This document shows, piece after piece, positions 34,454-46,383 of a stretch of 64,000 nt of DNA. Under the pieces are notes generated by a model, which was given only the letters and a program-made list of their open reading frames with translations, was not told where the DNA came from and made no database searches. Within the stretch, counting starts at the first letter, position 1, and each line of letters opens with the position of its first letter. The stretch lies in contig CAWKMU010000003.1 in NCBI GenBank assembly GCA_963850905.1, positions 128,001-192,000 on the forward strand, written 5' to 3'. The stretch is from an uncultured Gemmatimonadales bacterium. GTDB taxonomy: Bacteria > Gemmatimonadota > Gemmatimonadetes > Gemmatimonadales > Gemmatimonadaceae. The translations under genes and the position numbers were made by a program.

Positions 34454-34846
34454 CTACCAGATCACGGCGAGCAACTCGCCGCCTTGTCGGGTCTGTCGAG
34501 CTTCGCGATCCGTCATCACGCCCTTCGACGTGCTGACAATGGCCATCCCCAGACCATTGCGGACCCGGGGCAGCTCGCCCACCCCAACGTATTTCCGCAG
34601 GCCAGGCGTGGATACGCGATGCAGCTCGCGGATCACCGGCTGCCCGCCCTGAGCGTACTTGAGGATCAGCCGCAGGATGCGCTCCTGCTCCAGCACCTTG
34701 TAGTCCTGGATGTAGCTGTTCTCCTTCAGCACACGCGCGATCTCGAGCTTGAGGCGCGACAGCGGCACGTCGACGCGGCGATGCTTCGAGCCGCACGCGT
34801 TGCGAATGCGCGTCAGCATGTCGGCCACCGGATCAGTCATTGTCAT
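34454..34846 (-). CDS. rpsH: 30S ribosomal protein S8
   Basis: TDPVADMLTRIRN, STPGLRKY, STSKGVMTD. Confidence 0.97.
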   Translation of the reverse strand: MTMTDPVADMLTRIRNACGSKHRRVDVPLSRLKLEIARVLKENSYIQDYKVLEQERILRLILKYAQGGQPVIRELHRVSTPGLRKYVGVGELPRVRNGLGMAIVSTSKGVMTDREARQTRQGGELLAVIW

Positions 34847-34857
34847 CGTCGTTTCTC

Positions 34858-35043
34858 CTACCAGCTCGCCTTTCGGACGCCCGGGACCATCCCGTTGAGC
34901 GCCTGCTCGCGGAAGCAGATCCGGCAATAGCCGAACTTGCGCAGATATGCGCGCGAGCGGCCGCACCGCTGGCAGCGGTTGTGCTGGCGCACGCCGAACT
35001 TCGGTTTCCGCTTGCTCTTCTCGATCATTGCCTTCCGAGCCAT
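34858..35043 (-). CDS. rpsN: 30S ribosomal protein S14 (Zn-binding type Z)
   Basis: 61 aa, CQRCGR, CRICFR, KASW. Confidence 0.97.
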   Translation of the reverse strand: MARKAMIEKSKRKPKFGVRQHNRCQRCGRSRAYLRKFGYCRICFREQALNGMVPGVRKASW

Positions 35044-35078
35044 CGCAGTCTCGTCGTAGAGGAATCAGTCTCTGGTCG

Positions 35079-35843
35079 TCACTTTCGTCCGGTTGCAGTC
35101 GCGGCGCCAAGGCCAGCCGCCGGGCCGCGATCGCGCCCGCGCCCAGCACTATCCGCGTCGCGGAACGGCATCCCCAGCTCGCGCAGCAGCGCCAGCGCAT
35201 GATCGTCGCGTGTGGCCGTCGTCACGAACGTCACGTCGAGTCCGTGCACCTGGTCGACCATGTCGTAGTTGATCTCGGGAAAGATCAACTGCTCCTTGAG
35301 CCCGAGCGAGTAGTTCCCGCGGCCATCGAACGAGCGGGTCGACAGCCCACGGAAGTCGCGGATCCGGGGAATCGCCACGGTGATGAAGCGATCGAGGAAC
35401 TCCCACATCCGCGCACCCCGCAACGTCACCGCGGCACCGATCTCCTGGCCCTGCCGCAGGCCGAAGTTGGCGATCGACTTCTTCGCCCGCTTCCGCACCG
35501 GCCGCTGCCCGGTAATGACCGCAAGCTCCTCGACGACCTTGTCGAGAACCTTTGGCTGCTTGATCGCCTCGCCGACCCCCACGTTCACCACGATCTTGGT
35601 CAACGTCGGAGTTTGATGCACGTTGGTGAATCCCAACTGCGTCATCAGCTTCGGCTTGACCGTGCGCCTATACGTCTCGCGCAGGCGCGGCGGCGGGACC
35701 GGACGGTCGGCACCGGCATGCGGGCCCTTGGCCGCCGCGGGCGCAGCTTCCCGGCCGCGACGACTCCCGCCGCCGCCACCAGGGCTACCACCTTTCCCGC
35801 CCTTCTTCTCAGCCTTTTCGCTCTTCGCTTTTTCGTCTGCCAT
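35079..35843 (-). CDS. rplE: 50S ribosomal protein L5 (N- and C-terminal extensions)
   Basis: KIVVNVGVG, ITGQRP, PRIRDFRG, FDGRGNY, IFPEI. Confidence 0.97.
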   Translation of the reverse strand: MADEKAKSEKAEKKGGKGGSPGGGGGSRRGREAAPAAAKGPHAGADRPVPPPRLRETYRRTVKPKLMTQLGFTNVHQTPTLTKIVVNVGVGEAIKQPKVLDKVVEELAVITGQRPVRKRAKKSIANFGLRQGQEIGAAVTLRGARMWEFLDRFITVAIPRIRDFRGLSTRSFDGRGNYSLGLKEQLIFPEINYDMVDQVHGLDVTFVTTATRDDHALALLRELGMPFRDADSAGRGRDRGPAAGLGAATATGRK

Positions 35844-35904
35844 AATCGCCGAGCCTTCTATGTGTGGCAAGCCACGTTTCTCGTGTCACTTCGTCACTGC
35901 AGTT

Positions 35905-35952
35905 GTCTACTTTCTACTCTCTGCGTCTACTTTCTCGGGCGCGAAGCGCCCG
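35905..35952 (+). repeat. TCTACTT-heptamer + GCGAAGC hairpin element, copy 3
   Basis: GTCTACTTTCTACTCTCTGCGTCTACTTTCTCGGGCGCGAAGCGCCCG between rplX and rplE. Confidence 0.85.
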
Positions 35953-35963
35953 CCGCCCGCCGT

Positions 35964-36368
35964 TTATTTCCTCACCGGCTTCGGCACCGGCTCGCCACTC
36001 TTGACCGCGAGCCGCTCCTTCGTGCCGTCCTCGTCCACGCGAATGCGGGTTCGCGTCGGACTCCCCGATTGCGGGTCGAGCAGCATCACGTTCGACGCGT
36101 GGATCGGCGCCGGATGCTCCATGATCCCGCTCTGCTCCTCGGGCCGGCGTGCCTTCCGGTGGCGCTTCACGATGTTCACGCCATCGACGGTCACGCGCCC
36201 CGTCTTCGGAAACACCCGCAGGATCTTGCCTTCCTTGCCTTTGTCGTCGCCGCGCATGACGCGCACGTTGTCGCCCACGACGACGTGCACATGCACACGC
36301 TGGCGGTTCACGGCGTGGCGCAGGCCCGGCCGGCGTCCTGCCGTGCGGCGATACTTGAGCACACGCAT
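35964..36368 (-). CDS. rplX: 50S ribosomal protein L24
   Basis: GDNVRVMRGDDKGKEG, GVNIVKRH, PIHASNV. Confidence 0.96.
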   Translation of the reverse strand: MRVLKYRRTAGRRPGLRHAVNRQRVHVHVVVGDNVRVMRGDDKGKEGKILRVFPKTGRVTVDGVNIVKRHRKARRPEEQSGIMEHPAPIHASNVMLLDPQSGSPTRTRIRVDEDGTKERLAVKSGEPVPKPVRK

Positions 36369-36370
36369 GG

Positions 36371-36739
36371 CTACAACACCTCGGGTGCCAAAGACACGAT
36401 CTTCATGTACTTCTTCTCACGAAGCTCGCGCGCAACGGGCCCGAAGATACGTGTGGCCCGCGGCTCGCCCGCTTCGTTGATGATCACCACGGCGTTCTCG
36501 TCGAACCGGATGTAGCTGCCGTCCTTGCGCCGGGTTTCTTTCGCCGTCCGCACGACGACCGCGCGCGCGACATCGGACTTCTTCACGGTCCCGTTGGGCA
36601 GCGCGTTCTTGACCGCCACGATCACGGTATCGCCCAAGCCGGCGTACCGTCGCCTCGTGCCGCCAAGCACGCGGATCACGAGCGCCGTCTTGGCACCCGA
36701 GTTGTCCGCCACCTTGACCATCGACTCCTGCTGAATCAT
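36371..36739 (-). CDS. rplN: 50S ribosomal protein L14
   Basis: [27 protein letters not shown]. Confidence 0.98.
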   Translation of the reverse strand: MIQQESMVKVADNSGAKTALVIRVLGGTRRRYAGLGDTVIVAVKNALPNGTVKKSDVARAVVVRTAKETRRKDGSYIRFDENAVVIINEAGEPRATRIFGPVARELREKKYMKIVSLAPEVL

Positions 36740-36764
36740 CGCTGGGTTCCCTCGTCCGCGGTGC

Positions 36765-37094
36765 TCAGCGGGCCCGTTCGAGAATCTCGACCACGCGCCA
36801 CCGCTTGTCCTTCGACAGCGGGCGGGTCTCGACGATGCGCACCGTATCCCCTGCCTTGGACGCGTTCTGCTCGTCGTGCGCCTTCAGGTGAGTGGTCCGC
36901 GTGATCATTTTGCCGTACACGGGATGCGCCACTCGGCGCTCGATCGCCACGACGACGGTCTTCTGCATTTTGTCGCTGACGACCGTGCCGACACGCGACT
37001 TGCGGCTGCGCCGCGCGTGCCCAGTCGGACCGCCGGAGTTCGTATCTGGAGACCGGCCCGCGCCCGCAGGCGCTCCGTATGGCATTCCCATCAT
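36765..37094 (-). CDS. rpsQ: 30S ribosomal protein S17
   Basis: [28 protein letters not shown]. Confidence 0.97.
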   Translation of the reverse strand: MMGMPYGAPAGAGRSPDTNSGGPTGHARRSRKSRVGTVVSDKMQKTVVVAIERRVAHPVYGKMITRTTHLKAHDEQNASKAGDTVRIVETRPLSKDKRWRVVEILERAR

Positions 37095-37321
37095 GTGTCC
37101 TCACCGCGGGGCATCGCGACGCCCCGTTCACGTTCACGCAAAACCGTCTTGAGCCGCGCGATGTCGCGGCGCAACCAACGCAGACGCAACGCTTCCTCGA
37201 GCGCCTCGGTCGCAGACCGGAAGCGCAGCCGGAATCGTTCTTCCTCGAGCTCGGTCACGCGAACACGGATGTCGACATCCGTCCATTCGCGGATCTCGGA
37301 GGCCGTGAGCCCCTTAGCCAT
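37091..37321 (-). CDS. rpmC: 50S ribosomal protein L29
   Basis: [20 protein letters not shown]; position. Confidence 0.93.
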   Translation of the reverse strand: MAKGLTASEIREWTDVDIRVRVTELEEERFRLRFRSATEALEEALRLRWLRRDIARLKTVLRERERGVAMPRGEDT

Positions 37322-37739
37322 TGGTGTGGACCTCCTCGCGCGTGATGAACTTGCTCTTCACGCTGATCTTCGCGGCGGCGAGCGCCATGGCCTTCACCGC
37401 CTGATCAGGCGTCACGCCTTCGAGCTCGAACATCACGCGACCAGGCTTGACGACGGCCACCCAGCCCTCGGGTGAGCCCTTGCCCTTCCCCATCCGCGTC
37501 TCGGCCGGCTTCTTCGTGATCGGTTTGTCGGGGAAGATGCGAATCCAGACCTTGCCGCCACGCTTGATGTGCCGAGTGAGCGCGACACGCGCCGCCTCGA
37601 TCTGCCGGTTGGACACCCACCCGGGCTCGACAGCCTGGAGGCCGTACTGACCATTGACCACGGTGTTCCCCCGCGTCGCCAGCCCCCTCGTCCGCCCTTT
37701 GAACATCTTCCGGTATTTGACCCGCTTTGGACTTAACAT
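37314..37739 (-). CDS. rplP: 50S ribosomal protein L16
   Basis: [25 protein letters not shown]. Confidence 0.98.
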   Translation of the reverse strand: MLSPKRVKYRKMFKGRTRGLATRGNTVVNGQYGLQAVEPGWVSNRQIEAARVALTRHIKRGGKVWIRIFPDKPITKKPAETRMGKGKGSPEGWVAVVKPGRVMFELEGVTPDQAVKAMALAAAKISVKSKFITREEVHTNG

Positions 37740-37793
37740 GCTGCATCATCCTCGTTGCGCCCGTACACATCCTGCCTTCGGTCTCCCCACGGC

Positions 37794-37894
37794 GGGCGAC
37801 GCAGTGCGTCGCCCCTACCAGCCCACTCACTCCACCTCGTCTCAAGCACGAGTTGTTGTCGTTCCCCAGACCCCAAACCCCAGACCCCAAACCC
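37794..37894. repeat. reverse-oriented GTAG REP (37794-37818) plus GTTCCCC-A(G/A)ACCCC heptamer arm
   Basis: Between rpsC and rplP; arm matches 28921-28953. Confidence 0.85.
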
Positions 37895-37899
37895 TCGAC

Positions 37900-38559
37900 C
37901 TATGAGCCGGTCGAATACGTTTTCCCCCGCCGATCCTCGACGATCTCACCCTTGAAGATCCAGACCTTCACGCCGATCGTGCCGAACGTGGTCTTGGCCG
38001 TCGACGTCGCATAGTCAATGTCGGCCCGCAAGGTGTGCAGCGGTACACGGCCTTCGTGGTACCCCTCGACCCGTGCGATCTCGGCACCACCGAGTCGTCC
38101 GCCACACTTGATCTTGATCCCCTGCGCCCCCATCCGCATCGCGCTCTGCACCGCGCGCTTCATCGCCCGGCGAAACGAGATGCGCTGCGCCAGCTGGTTC
38201 GCGACGTTGTCGGCGACCAATTGCGCGTCCAGCTCGGGACGCTTGATCTCCTCGACATTGATGCCGACCTCCTTGCCGACGAGCTGCGTCAGCTCGTCGC
38301 GCAACTTGTCGACCTCCGCACCCTTCTTCCCAATGACCACGCCGGGACGACCAGTGTGGATCGTGACGACCACCTTCCCCGGCTTGCGCTCGATGTGAAT
38401 GTCGGCGATCGCCGCGTGGCCAATGCGCGCCTTGAGATACTTCCGCAGCAACTCGTCTTCCTTGAGGAGTTGCGGGAAGTCGCGGTTGGCGTACCACCGC
38501 GAGCGCCACTGCTTGGAGACGCCAAGTCGAAACCCGATTGGATTTACCTTCTGTCCCAT
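37900..38559 (-). CDS. rpsC: 30S ribosomal protein S3
   Basis: [33 protein letters not shown]. Confidence 0.98.
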   Translation of the reverse strand: MGQKVNPIGFRLGVSKQWRSRWYANRDFPQLLKEDELLRKYLKARIGHAAIADIHIERKPGKVVVTIHTGRPGVVIGKKGAEVDKLRDELTQLVGKEVGINVEEIKRPELDAQLVADNVANQLAQRISFRRAMKRAVQSAMRMGAQGIKIKCGGRLGGAEIARVEGYHEGRVPLHTLRADIDYATSTAKTTFGTIGVKVWIFKGEIVEDRRGKTYSTGS

Positions 38560-38563
38560 AGTC

Positions 38564-39052
38564 CTATTGCCCCCGCTTGGGCGAACGCGATCGAGTGGTC
38601 GTTTTCCGTTTGGTCGCCGCGCGTTGCCGGCCAGTTTTTTCCCCAGGCGCCTTCTCGGCCGCGGCTGCCCCGCGCGCTGTGGGCGCGACGGGCTCCCGCA
38701 CCACGCGCGGCGCCACCACGATCTCCACGTGGCTCGTGCGCTTCTGGATCGGCGTCGCGCGCCCCATCGCGGCCGGCATGAAGCGCTTGAGCTTGGGCCC
38801 CTCGTTGATCACGGCATGCTTCACGTAGAGCTGGTCGACGTCGACTGGCTCGTTCGCCTCGCGACCCTTGTACTCGGCGTTCGCAACGGCCGACTGCAGC
38901 ACCTTCGCGATCTCGCGCGCAGCATGCTTCTTCGAGAATTGCAGCAGGGCGAGGGCCTCGTTCACCCCCTTCCCGCGGATCTGATCGACCACGAGCCGCA
39001 TCTTGTACGGCGATTGGCGCGCGGTGCGCTGGAGCGCACGGACATCCGGCAT
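38564..39052 (-). CDS. rplV: 50S ribosomal protein L22 (basic C-terminal extension)
   Basis: [27 protein letters not shown]. Confidence 0.97.
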   Translation of the reverse strand: MPDVRALQRTARQSPYKMRLVVDQIRGKGVNEALALLQFSKKHAAREIAKVLQSAVANAEYKGREANEPVDVDQLYVKHAVINEGPKLKRFMPAAMGRATPIQKRTSHVEIVVAPRVVREPVAPTARGAAAAEKAPGEKTGRQRAATKRKTTTRSRSPKRGQ

Positions 39053-39055
39053 GGC

Positions 39056-39445
39056 TTATCTCCCGCCTGACTGTCGCGGCGATGCGCCGCCACCAGGGCC
39101 ACCGCTCGCAGGCGGAGCCGATCCGCCGGCCGCCGCCGGCGCGCCCGGACCAGTGGGAACGCCCCCGACCTTCTTGTCGACCGCCTTCGCACCCGTGTGG
39201 CCACGGAACAGCCGGGTGGGCGAAAACTCGCCCAGCTTGTGACCCACCATGTTCTCCGTGATGTACACGGGAATGAACTTGTTCCCGTTGTGCACGGCAA
39301 ACGTGTGCCCCACGAAGTCCGGCGTGACCGTGCTCGCTCGCGACCACGTCTTGATCACGCGCTTCTCGTTGCGGCTGTTCATCGCCGCAACCTTCTTGAT
39401 CAAGCTGTCGTGGATATACGGACCTTTTTTCAGACTTCTCGCCAT
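39056..39445 (-). CDS. rpsS: 30S ribosomal protein S19 (Gly/Pro C-terminal extension)
   Basis: [28 protein letters not shown]. Confidence 0.98.
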   Translation of the reverse strand: MARSLKKGPYIHDSLIKKVAAMNSRNEKRVIKTWSRASTVTPDFVGHTFAVHNGNKFIPVYITENMVGHKLGEFSPTRLFRGHTGAKAVDKKVGGVPTGPGAPAAAGGSAPPASGGPGGGASPRQSGGR

Positions 39446-39488
39446 ATAAGAACCCGAAAGTGACTGTGGATTCGGCTCTACGCTTAGT

Positions 39489-39523
39489 AACCCGAAACCC
39501 GGAACCCGAAACCCGAAACCCGG
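39489..39523. repeat. heptamer tandem repeat AACCCG(A/G) x5
   Basis: Directly read; between rplB and rpsS. Confidence 0.85.
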
Positions 39524-39527
39524 CCGT

Positions 39528-40358
39528 TCATTGCGTTGCCTTTCCGCGCTTCCGACCGCGCACGATCAACCGCTCGGACGGCTTCTTCTTGTTGCGCGTC
39601 TTCACGCCTTCTTTCTTCCCCCACGGGCTGACGACGTTGCGGCCACCCCGCGTCCGTCCGCCGTGCGGATGGTCCACCGGGTTCATGACCTCGCCGCGCA
39701 CCTTGGGCCGGCGCCCCATCCAGCGCGTCTTGCCCGCTTTGCCCCAGGACAACAATTCGTGCTCGGCGTTGCCGACCGTGCCGATCGTCGCCAGACAGGC
39801 ACCGTGCACCATGCGCATCTCCGTGGAGCGGAGACGCAGCGTCACGTACTCGCCTTCCTTCGCGACGACCTCGACCCCCGCTCCCGCGGAGCGCGCGATC
39901 TGCCCGCCCTTGCCCGCCTTGAGCTCCACGTTGTGCACCTCGGTGCCAAGTGGAATCTCCCGCAGCGGCAGCGTGTTGCCGGTGCGCACATCGGACCCCG
40001 GACCCGACACGATTGTGTCACCGACCGCCAGACCGCGCGGATGGAGGATGTAGCGCTTCTCGCCGTCCGTGTACTCGACGAGCGCGATGCGCGCCGATCG
40101 GTTGGGGTCGTACTCGATCTCCCGCACCGTCGCCGAAACGGCGAACTTGTTGCGACGAAAATCGATGACGCGGTACTGCCGCTTGTGGCCACCACCACGG
40201 CGCCGCATGGCAATGTGGCCATGATTGTCGCGGCCACCCGACTTCTTGAGCGGCTCGAGCAGCGACTTCTCCGGCGTCGTGCGCGTGATCTCCGCAAAGT
40301 CAGAGACCGAGCGGAACCGCGAGCTCTTCGTAACCGGCTTGAACTGACGAATAGGCAT
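39528..40358 (-). CDS. rplB: 50S ribosomal protein L2
   Basis: [29 protein letters not shown]. Confidence 0.98.
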   Translation of the reverse strand: MPIRQFKPVTKSSRFRSVSDFAEITRTTPEKSLLEPLKKSGGRDNHGHIAMRRRGGGHKRQYRVIDFRRNKFAVSATVREIEYDPNRSARIALVEYTDGEKRYILHPRGLAVGDTIVSGPGSDVRTGNTLPLREIPLGTEVHNVELKAGKGGQIARSAGAGVEVVAKEGEYVTLRLRSTEMRMVHGACLATIGTVGNAEHELLSWGKAGKTRWMGRRPKVRGEVMNPVDHPHGGRTRGGRNVVSPWGKKEGVKTRNKKKPSERLIVRGRKRGKATQ

Positions 40359-40370
40359 TCCGGGCTCCTA

Positions 40371-40658
40371 TCAACCTTCGAAGACGTCGATCGTATCGCC
40401 GCTGCGCAGCTGCACGATCGCCTTCTTCCAATTCGGTTTGCGGCCGGCTGTCTTCGCGACCCGACGCGCCTTGCCGCGCACGTTGGCCGTCCAGACGCCG
40501 GTGACTTTCACGCCGAACAGTCGTTCGATCGCCTGCCGAATGGCCGCCTTGTTGGCATCGGGTGCCACCTCGAACGTGTACTCCCCCCGCTCGTGGTACC
40601 GGGCGGAGGTCTTCTCCGTCATCACGGGACGGATGATCGTCCGGTGCAATGTGGGCAT
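40371..40658 (-). CDS. rplW: 50S ribosomal protein L23
   Basis: PVMTEK, YTFEV, LFGVKV, WKKAIV. Confidence 0.96.
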   Translation of the reverse strand: MPTLHRTIIRPVMTEKTSARYHERGEYTFEVAPDANKAAIRQAIERLFGVKVTGVWTANVRGKARRVAKTAGRKPNWKKAIVQLRSGDTIDVFEG

Positions 40659-40661
40659 CGG

Positions 40662-41549
40662 CTATTTCCCCTTCTTCTTCTTGGCGGATGACTTCTTGGC
40701 GGCCTTGGGCTTCGCAGCGCGCGTACCCGCCGACTTGCTGGCCGCCTTGTGTGCCTTGGTCGTTCGCCGCGTCGACTTCGCCTTCGCCGCACCACGCTTC
40801 GTGGCCGCGTGCGTGCCCTCGGCCGCGGCCGCCCGCTTGGCGCGCGCAGGCCGACGCCGCGTGGCACGACCCGACTCCGCCGGCGCGCTCTCCGCCAATG
40901 GCTCGAGCGCATGGCCGATCGCCGCCGACTCGACGAGGATCACATCCGACCAGAGGATATGATAGGTCGACACGTCGGTGTACGGCATCACGTGCGTCGT
41001 CGGTAGGTTCCGTCCGCTCAAGTACACGGCCGGCTGGAGTCCGTCCGTGAGAATGAGCACCTTCCGGTCGGCCACCCCGAGCGTCGTCAGCAGCTGCTCG
41101 AGCCGCCGCGTGCTGGGCGCGTCGTAGCGGAACGCGTCGATGACCTTGACCGCACCGTCCTGCGCGCGCGCATTGAACGCGCTCTTGCGCGCGAGCGCAC
41201 GCACCTGGCGCGGCACGTACTGCGCATAGCTGCGCGGAATCGGGCCGAAGACCGTGCCGCCGCCGACCCAGTGGGGCGCCCGGATCGATCCCTGTCGGGC
41301 ACGACCCGTCCCCTTCTGCTTCCACGGCTTCTGGTTTCCGCCGGTCACGTACTTGCGAATCTTGGTCGCGGCGTTGCCCTGCCGCTGATTGGCGAGAAAC
41401 GCTTTGACCGCCTGATGCATGACCGGCATGTTGATCGTGCCGTCGAACAGCGCCTCGGGGAGCCGGACGGCGGGACGTGGCGTACCGTGGACCGAGTACG
41501 TCTCCGCGTCGAACGTCGTGGGCGTCATCGCCGCATGTTGTTGTGTCAC
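40662..41549 (-). CDS. rplD: 50S ribosomal protein L4 (Ala/Lys-rich C-terminal tail)
   Basis: [31 protein letters not shown]. Confidence 0.96.
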   Translation of the reverse strand: MTQQHAAMTPTTFDAETYSVHGTPRPAVRLPEALFDGTINMPVMHQAVKAFLANQRQGNAATKIRKYVTGGNQKPWKQKGTGRARQGSIRAPHWVGGGTVFGPIPRSYAQYVPRQVRALARKSAFNARAQDGAVKVIDAFRYDAPSTRRLEQLLTTLGVADRKVLILTDGLQPAVYLSGRNLPTTHVMPYTDVSTYHILWSDVILVESAAIGHALEPLAESAPAESGRATRRRPARAKRAAAAEGTHAATKRGAAKAKSTRRTTKAHKAASKSAGTRAAKPKAAKKSSAKKKKGK

Positions 41550-41559
41550 TAGCTCCTCC

Positions 41560-42243
41560 TCAACCCTGCTTGCGGATGACGACGATCCCGTTCTTGGGAC
41601 CGGCGACCGCACCGCGGATGTAGAGGAGGTGCCGCTCGGGATCGATGCGCTCGATCCGCAGATGCGTCTGCGTGTGTTGCTCCGCGCCGTAGTGCCCCGG
41701 CATGCGCTTCCCCTTGATGATGCGCGACGGGTCCGTCCCGGGCCCGATCGAGCCTGGCCGGCGGTGCTTCGTGTTGCCATGCGTATTCGGCCCGCCGCCG
41801 AAGCTGTGGCGCTTCACCACGCCCTGGAACCCGCGACCCTTCGTCGTGCCAGTGACCTTGACGGCGTCGCCCACGGCAAAGACGCCGACATCCACGTGAT
41901 CGCCGACCTTGTACGTCGGAATCTCGGGATTGCGGCCTGGCCCGTCGTCGAGACGCACACTGCGCAGCACACGCGGCGGCACCTTGAGTCCCGCCTTGGC
42001 GGCGTGGCCCACGGCGGCGCGCGTCGCGCGGCGGCCACGAGGCGTGCGCTCGCCCTTGGCGCTGTCGCGTCGCGTGCGCTGCTCGCCGTAGCCCAGCTGG
42101 ATCTGCGCCATGCCGGCCGTCGCCTTCTCACGGACCATGAGCACCGGATTCGGCTGCGCCTCGACCACCGTGCACGGGATCTGCTGCCCCTTCGCGTCGA
42201 AGATCTGCGTCATGCCGACCTTCTTGCCAATGATGCCGATCAT
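41560..42243 (-). CDS. rplC: 50S ribosomal protein L3
   Basis: [30 protein letters not shown]. Confidence 0.97.
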   Translation of the reverse strand: MIGIIGKKVGMTQIFDAKGQQIPCTVVEAQPNPVLMVREKATAGMAQIQLGYGEQRTRRDSAKGERTPRGRRATRAAVGHAAKAGLKVPPRVLRSVRLDDGPGRNPEIPTYKVGDHVDVGVFAVGDAVKVTGTTKGRGFQGVVKRHSFGGGPNTHGNTKHRRPGSIGPGTDPSRIIKGKRMPGHYGAEQHTQTHLRIERIDPERHLLYIRGAVAGPKNGIVVIRKQG

Positions 42244-42245
42244 GG

Positions 42246-42554
42246 CTACTGGACCTTGATCTCGACATCGACGCCAGCCGGCAGATCCAGCTTCGTCAAT
42301 GCGTCGACCGTCTGCGCGCGCGAATCGAGGATGTCGATCACCCGCTTGTGCGTTTTCAGCTCGAACTGCTCACGCGACTTCTTGTCGACGTGCGGCGAGC
42401 GCAGCACCGTCCACCGCTGCGTCTTCGTCGGCAGCGGAATCGGCCCGGACACCTGAGCGCCGGTCTTCTCCGCCGTGCGCACGATGTCCGCCGACGCTTG
42501 GTCGATGACGGCGTGATCGAAAGCCTTGAGACGAATTCGTATGCGACCTGACAT
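42246..42554 (-). CDS. rpsJ: 30S ribosomal protein S10
   Basis: [31 protein letters not shown]. Confidence 0.98.
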   Translation of the reverse strand: MSGRIRIRLKAFDHAVIDQASADIVRTAEKTGAQVSGPIPLPTKTQRWTVLRSPHVDKKSREQFELKTHKRVIDILDSRAQTVDALTKLDLPAGVDVEIKVQ

Positions 42555-42566
42555 AATCAAACCGAT

Positions 42567-42620
42567 GTAGGGGCGACGCATGCGTCGCCCGGTTGGTAGG
42601 GACGGCGCACCCGTCGCCCC
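42567..42620 (+). repeat. GTAG REP unit (42567-42590) plus degenerate second unit
   Basis: GTAGGGGCGACGCATGCGTCGCCC then GTAGGGACGGCGCACCCGTCGCCCC, between tuf and rpsJ. Confidence 0.88.
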
Positions 42621-42642
42621 ATGGTGAACAGCAGTCGCACGG

Positions 42643-43836
<1,194 letters not shown>

Positions 43837-43848
43837 GGCGTCGCTCTC

Positions 43849-45945
43849 TTAAGACTTGACTTTGTTGATGATTTCTTCCGCCTTCGACTTCGGCACTTCC
43901 TCGTAGTGGGCGAACTCCATCGAGTACACGGCACGCCCTTGTGATTGCGACCGGAGCTTGGTGGAATAGCCAAACATCTCCGACAACGGCACCGTCGCCG
44001 CAATGACCTGCGCCTCACCTCGCTGCGTCATGCCGCCGATCTTACCGCGCCGAGCCGCCAGGTCGCCGAGGACGTCACCCATGTAGTCGTTGGGCACCAC
44101 CACCTCGACGTTCATGATCGGCTCGAGCAGCACAGGGTGCGCGCGCTTCGCTGCCTCCTTGTACGCCATCGACCCCGCAATCTTGAACGCGATCTCGCTC
44201 GAGTCGACATCGTGGTATGACCCGTAGGTCAGCTCGACTTTCACATCGACCATCGGATAACCGGCCAGAATGCCGTTCTCGAGTGCTTCCTTGATCCCGT
44301 CCTCGACCGGCCCGATGTACTCTCGCGGAATCACGCCGCCGACGATCTTGTCCTCGAAGATGAACCCTTGGCCCGGCTGCGCAGGCTCCATACTGATCAC
44401 CACGTGGCCGTACTGCCCGCGACCACCGGATTGGCGGATGAACTTGCCCTCCACCTTCTCGACGCGTCGCCGAATCGTTTCGCGATACGCGACCTGCGGC
44501 CGGCCGATGTTGGCGTCGACTTTGAACTCGCGCTGCATGCGGTCGACGATGATCTCGAGGTGCAGCTCGCCCATGCCCGAGATGATCGTCTGCGCCGTTT
44601 CCTCGTCCGTGTGGACGCGGAAGGTCGGGTCCTCCTCCGACAGCTTCGCCAGAGCGATCGCGAGCTTGTCCTGATCGGCCTTGGTCTTCGGCTCGATCGC
44701 GACATCGATCACGGGCGCCGGGAACTTCATCGCCTCGAGGATGATCGGCTTGTCGTCGTCGCACAGCGTATCACCGGTGCGCGTGTCACGCAGACCGATC
44801 GCCGCCGCGATGTCGCCCGCGCGCACTTCCTCGATCTCCTCGCGCTTGTTGGCGTGCATCTGGAGGAGACGGCCGATCCGCTCGCGCTTGTCCTTCACGG
44901 AGTTGTACACGTACGAGCCGGTCGACAAGACGCCCGAGTACACCCGGAGGTACGTCAGCTTCCCGACAAACGGATCCGTGGCGATCTTGAACGCGAGCGC
45001 CGCGAACGGCTCGCTGTCCGAGACGTGTCGCTCGGAGTGCGTCTCATCGTGATGCGGGAGATGCCCGCTGATGGCTTTGACGTCGAGCGGCGCCGGCAGA
45101 TAGTCGATCACGGCGTCAAGCAGCGCCTGCACACCCTTGTTCTTGAACGCCGCGCCGCACAGCACGGGCACGATGTGCCCGCCGATCGTCGCCGTCCGGA
45201 TCGCCCGCTGGATCTCGTCCAGCGTCAGCTCGTGCGAGCTCAGGTACTTCTCCAGCAGCGGCTCATCGTGCTCGACCGCCGCTTCGATGACTTCGTGCCG
45301 CGCCTGCTCCATCGCGTCGCGGTACATCGCGGGGACCTCGATCTCCGTGTAGGTCTTCCCCAGCGTCTCATCGTCGAAGATGACCTGCACGCGTCGCAGC
45401 ACGTCGATATGCCCGGTGAAGAGCTCACCCGACCCGACCGGCAGCTGGATCGGGAACGCCGACTTCGTCAGGCGATCACGAATCATGCGCACGCATCGAT
45501 CAAAGTCCGCGCCCACGCGATCCATCTTGTTCGCGAAGATCAGCCGCGGCACCTCGTACCGATCGGCCTGCCGCCACACGGTCTCGGTCTGCGGCTCCAC
45601 ACCGGCCACCGAGTCCAGCAGCGCCACCGCGCCGTCGAGCACGCGCAGCGACCGCTCGACCTCGACCGTGAAGTCGACATGGCCGGGCGTATCGATGATG
45701 TTGATCCGGTGCTCGATGCCGTGCCGCATCCAGAAGCAGGTCGTGGCCGCAGAGGTAATCGTGATCCCCCGCTCCTGCTCCTGCTCCATCCAGTCCATCG
45801 TCGCGGTCCCTTCGTGGACCTCGCCGATTTTGTAGCTCTTGCCCGTGTAGTACAGGATGCGCTCGGTCGTCGTCGTCTTCCCGGCATTGATGTGGGCCAT
45901 GATGCCGATATTCCGATAACGTTCGAGCGGGGTCATACGCGCCAT
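43849..45945 (-). CDS. fusA: elongation factor G
   Basis: AHINAGKTT (usually AHIDAGKTT), [25 protein letters not shown]. Confidence 0.98.
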   Translation of the reverse strand: MARMTPLERYRNIGIMAHINAGKTTTTERILYYTGKSYKIGEVHEGTATMDWMEQEQERGITITSAATTCFWMRHGIEHRINIIDTPGHVDFTVEVERSLRVLDGAVALLDSVAGVEPQTETVWRQADRYEVPRLIFANKMDRVGADFDRCVRMIRDRLTKSAFPIQLPVGSGELFTGHIDVLRRVQVIFDDETLGKTYTEIEVPAMYRDAMEQARHEVIEAAVEHDEPLLEKYLSSHELTLDEIQRAIRTATIGGHIVPVLCGAAFKNKGVQALLDAVIDYLPAPLDVKAISGHLPHHDETHSERHVSDSEPFAALAFKIATDPFVGKLTYLRVYSGVLSTGSYVYNSVKDKRERIGRLLQMHANKREEIEEVRAGDIAAAIGLRDTRTGDTLCDDDKPIILEAMKFPAPVIDVAIEPKTKADQDKLAIALAKLSEEDPTFRVHTDEETAQTIISGMGELHLEIIVDRMQREFKVDANIGRPQVAYRETIRRRVEKVEGKFIRQSGGRGQYGHVVISMEPAQPGQGFIFEDKIVGGVIPREYIGPVEDGIKEALENGILAGYPMVDVKVELTYGSYHDVDSSEIAFKIAGSMAYKEAAKRAHPVLLEPIMNVEVVVPNDYMGDVLGDLAARRGKIGGMTQRGEAQVIAATVPLSEMFGYSTKLRSQSQGRAVYSMEFAHYEEVPKSKAEEIINKVKS

Positions 45946-45962
45946 GTGTCGACTCTCTCAAT

Positions 45963-46150
45963 CCCCCGAAGGGGCGTTCTATTCAGCAAAAATGCGGGTG
46001 GACCGAGCACCCCCTTCACAACCGGGGCTGGTATCCATCCGCTCCATCGCCGGGTGCAGCCGCACTCCAACCGCGGCTGGGGACCCTCGGCGCGTCGCCA
46101 GGTGAGCGCGAACGCCCACCGCGACGTCAAATTGTCGTCGATCTGCTACA
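45963..46150 (-). ncRNA. candidate structured 5' leader RNA of fusA-tuf-S10 transcript
   Basis: Four predicted hairpins, three of them nearly abutting: two with UUCG loops, two with GGUUG-starting loops; U-rich run after the third. Confidence 0.6.
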
Positions 46151-46158
46151 GCCTGATG

Positions 46159-46186
46159 AAGTTAACCGGACAAAAAGGTGTGTCAA
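46159..46186 (-). promoter_or_regulatory. putative sigma70 promoter for fusA
   Basis: TTGACA-N16-TAACTT on minus strand, directly upstream of the structured leader. Confidence 0.6.
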
Positions 46187-46383
46187 CCGGTGCAAGCCCG
46201 CGTCGACGCAAGGATGAGCGATGAGGACGCGAATAGTCAATTTATCGCACCCTACGACCTCGACGCCGGCCGTCGAGCCCTCACCAACTCTCTACCTGTA
46301 CAACCGGGCGCGGCCGGGCGATGTTGTTGCATGCTGCCACGGCCCGGGTTGAACAACTCACTGGACGTGGCGGGCACCTCTCT

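Noticed and set aside
45963..46150. tRNA, 6S, SRP RNA or a known metabolite riboswitch
   Set aside because: No cloverleaf/TTCGA-CCA, no single long rod, no riboswitch consensus I recognise; Rfam search still needed
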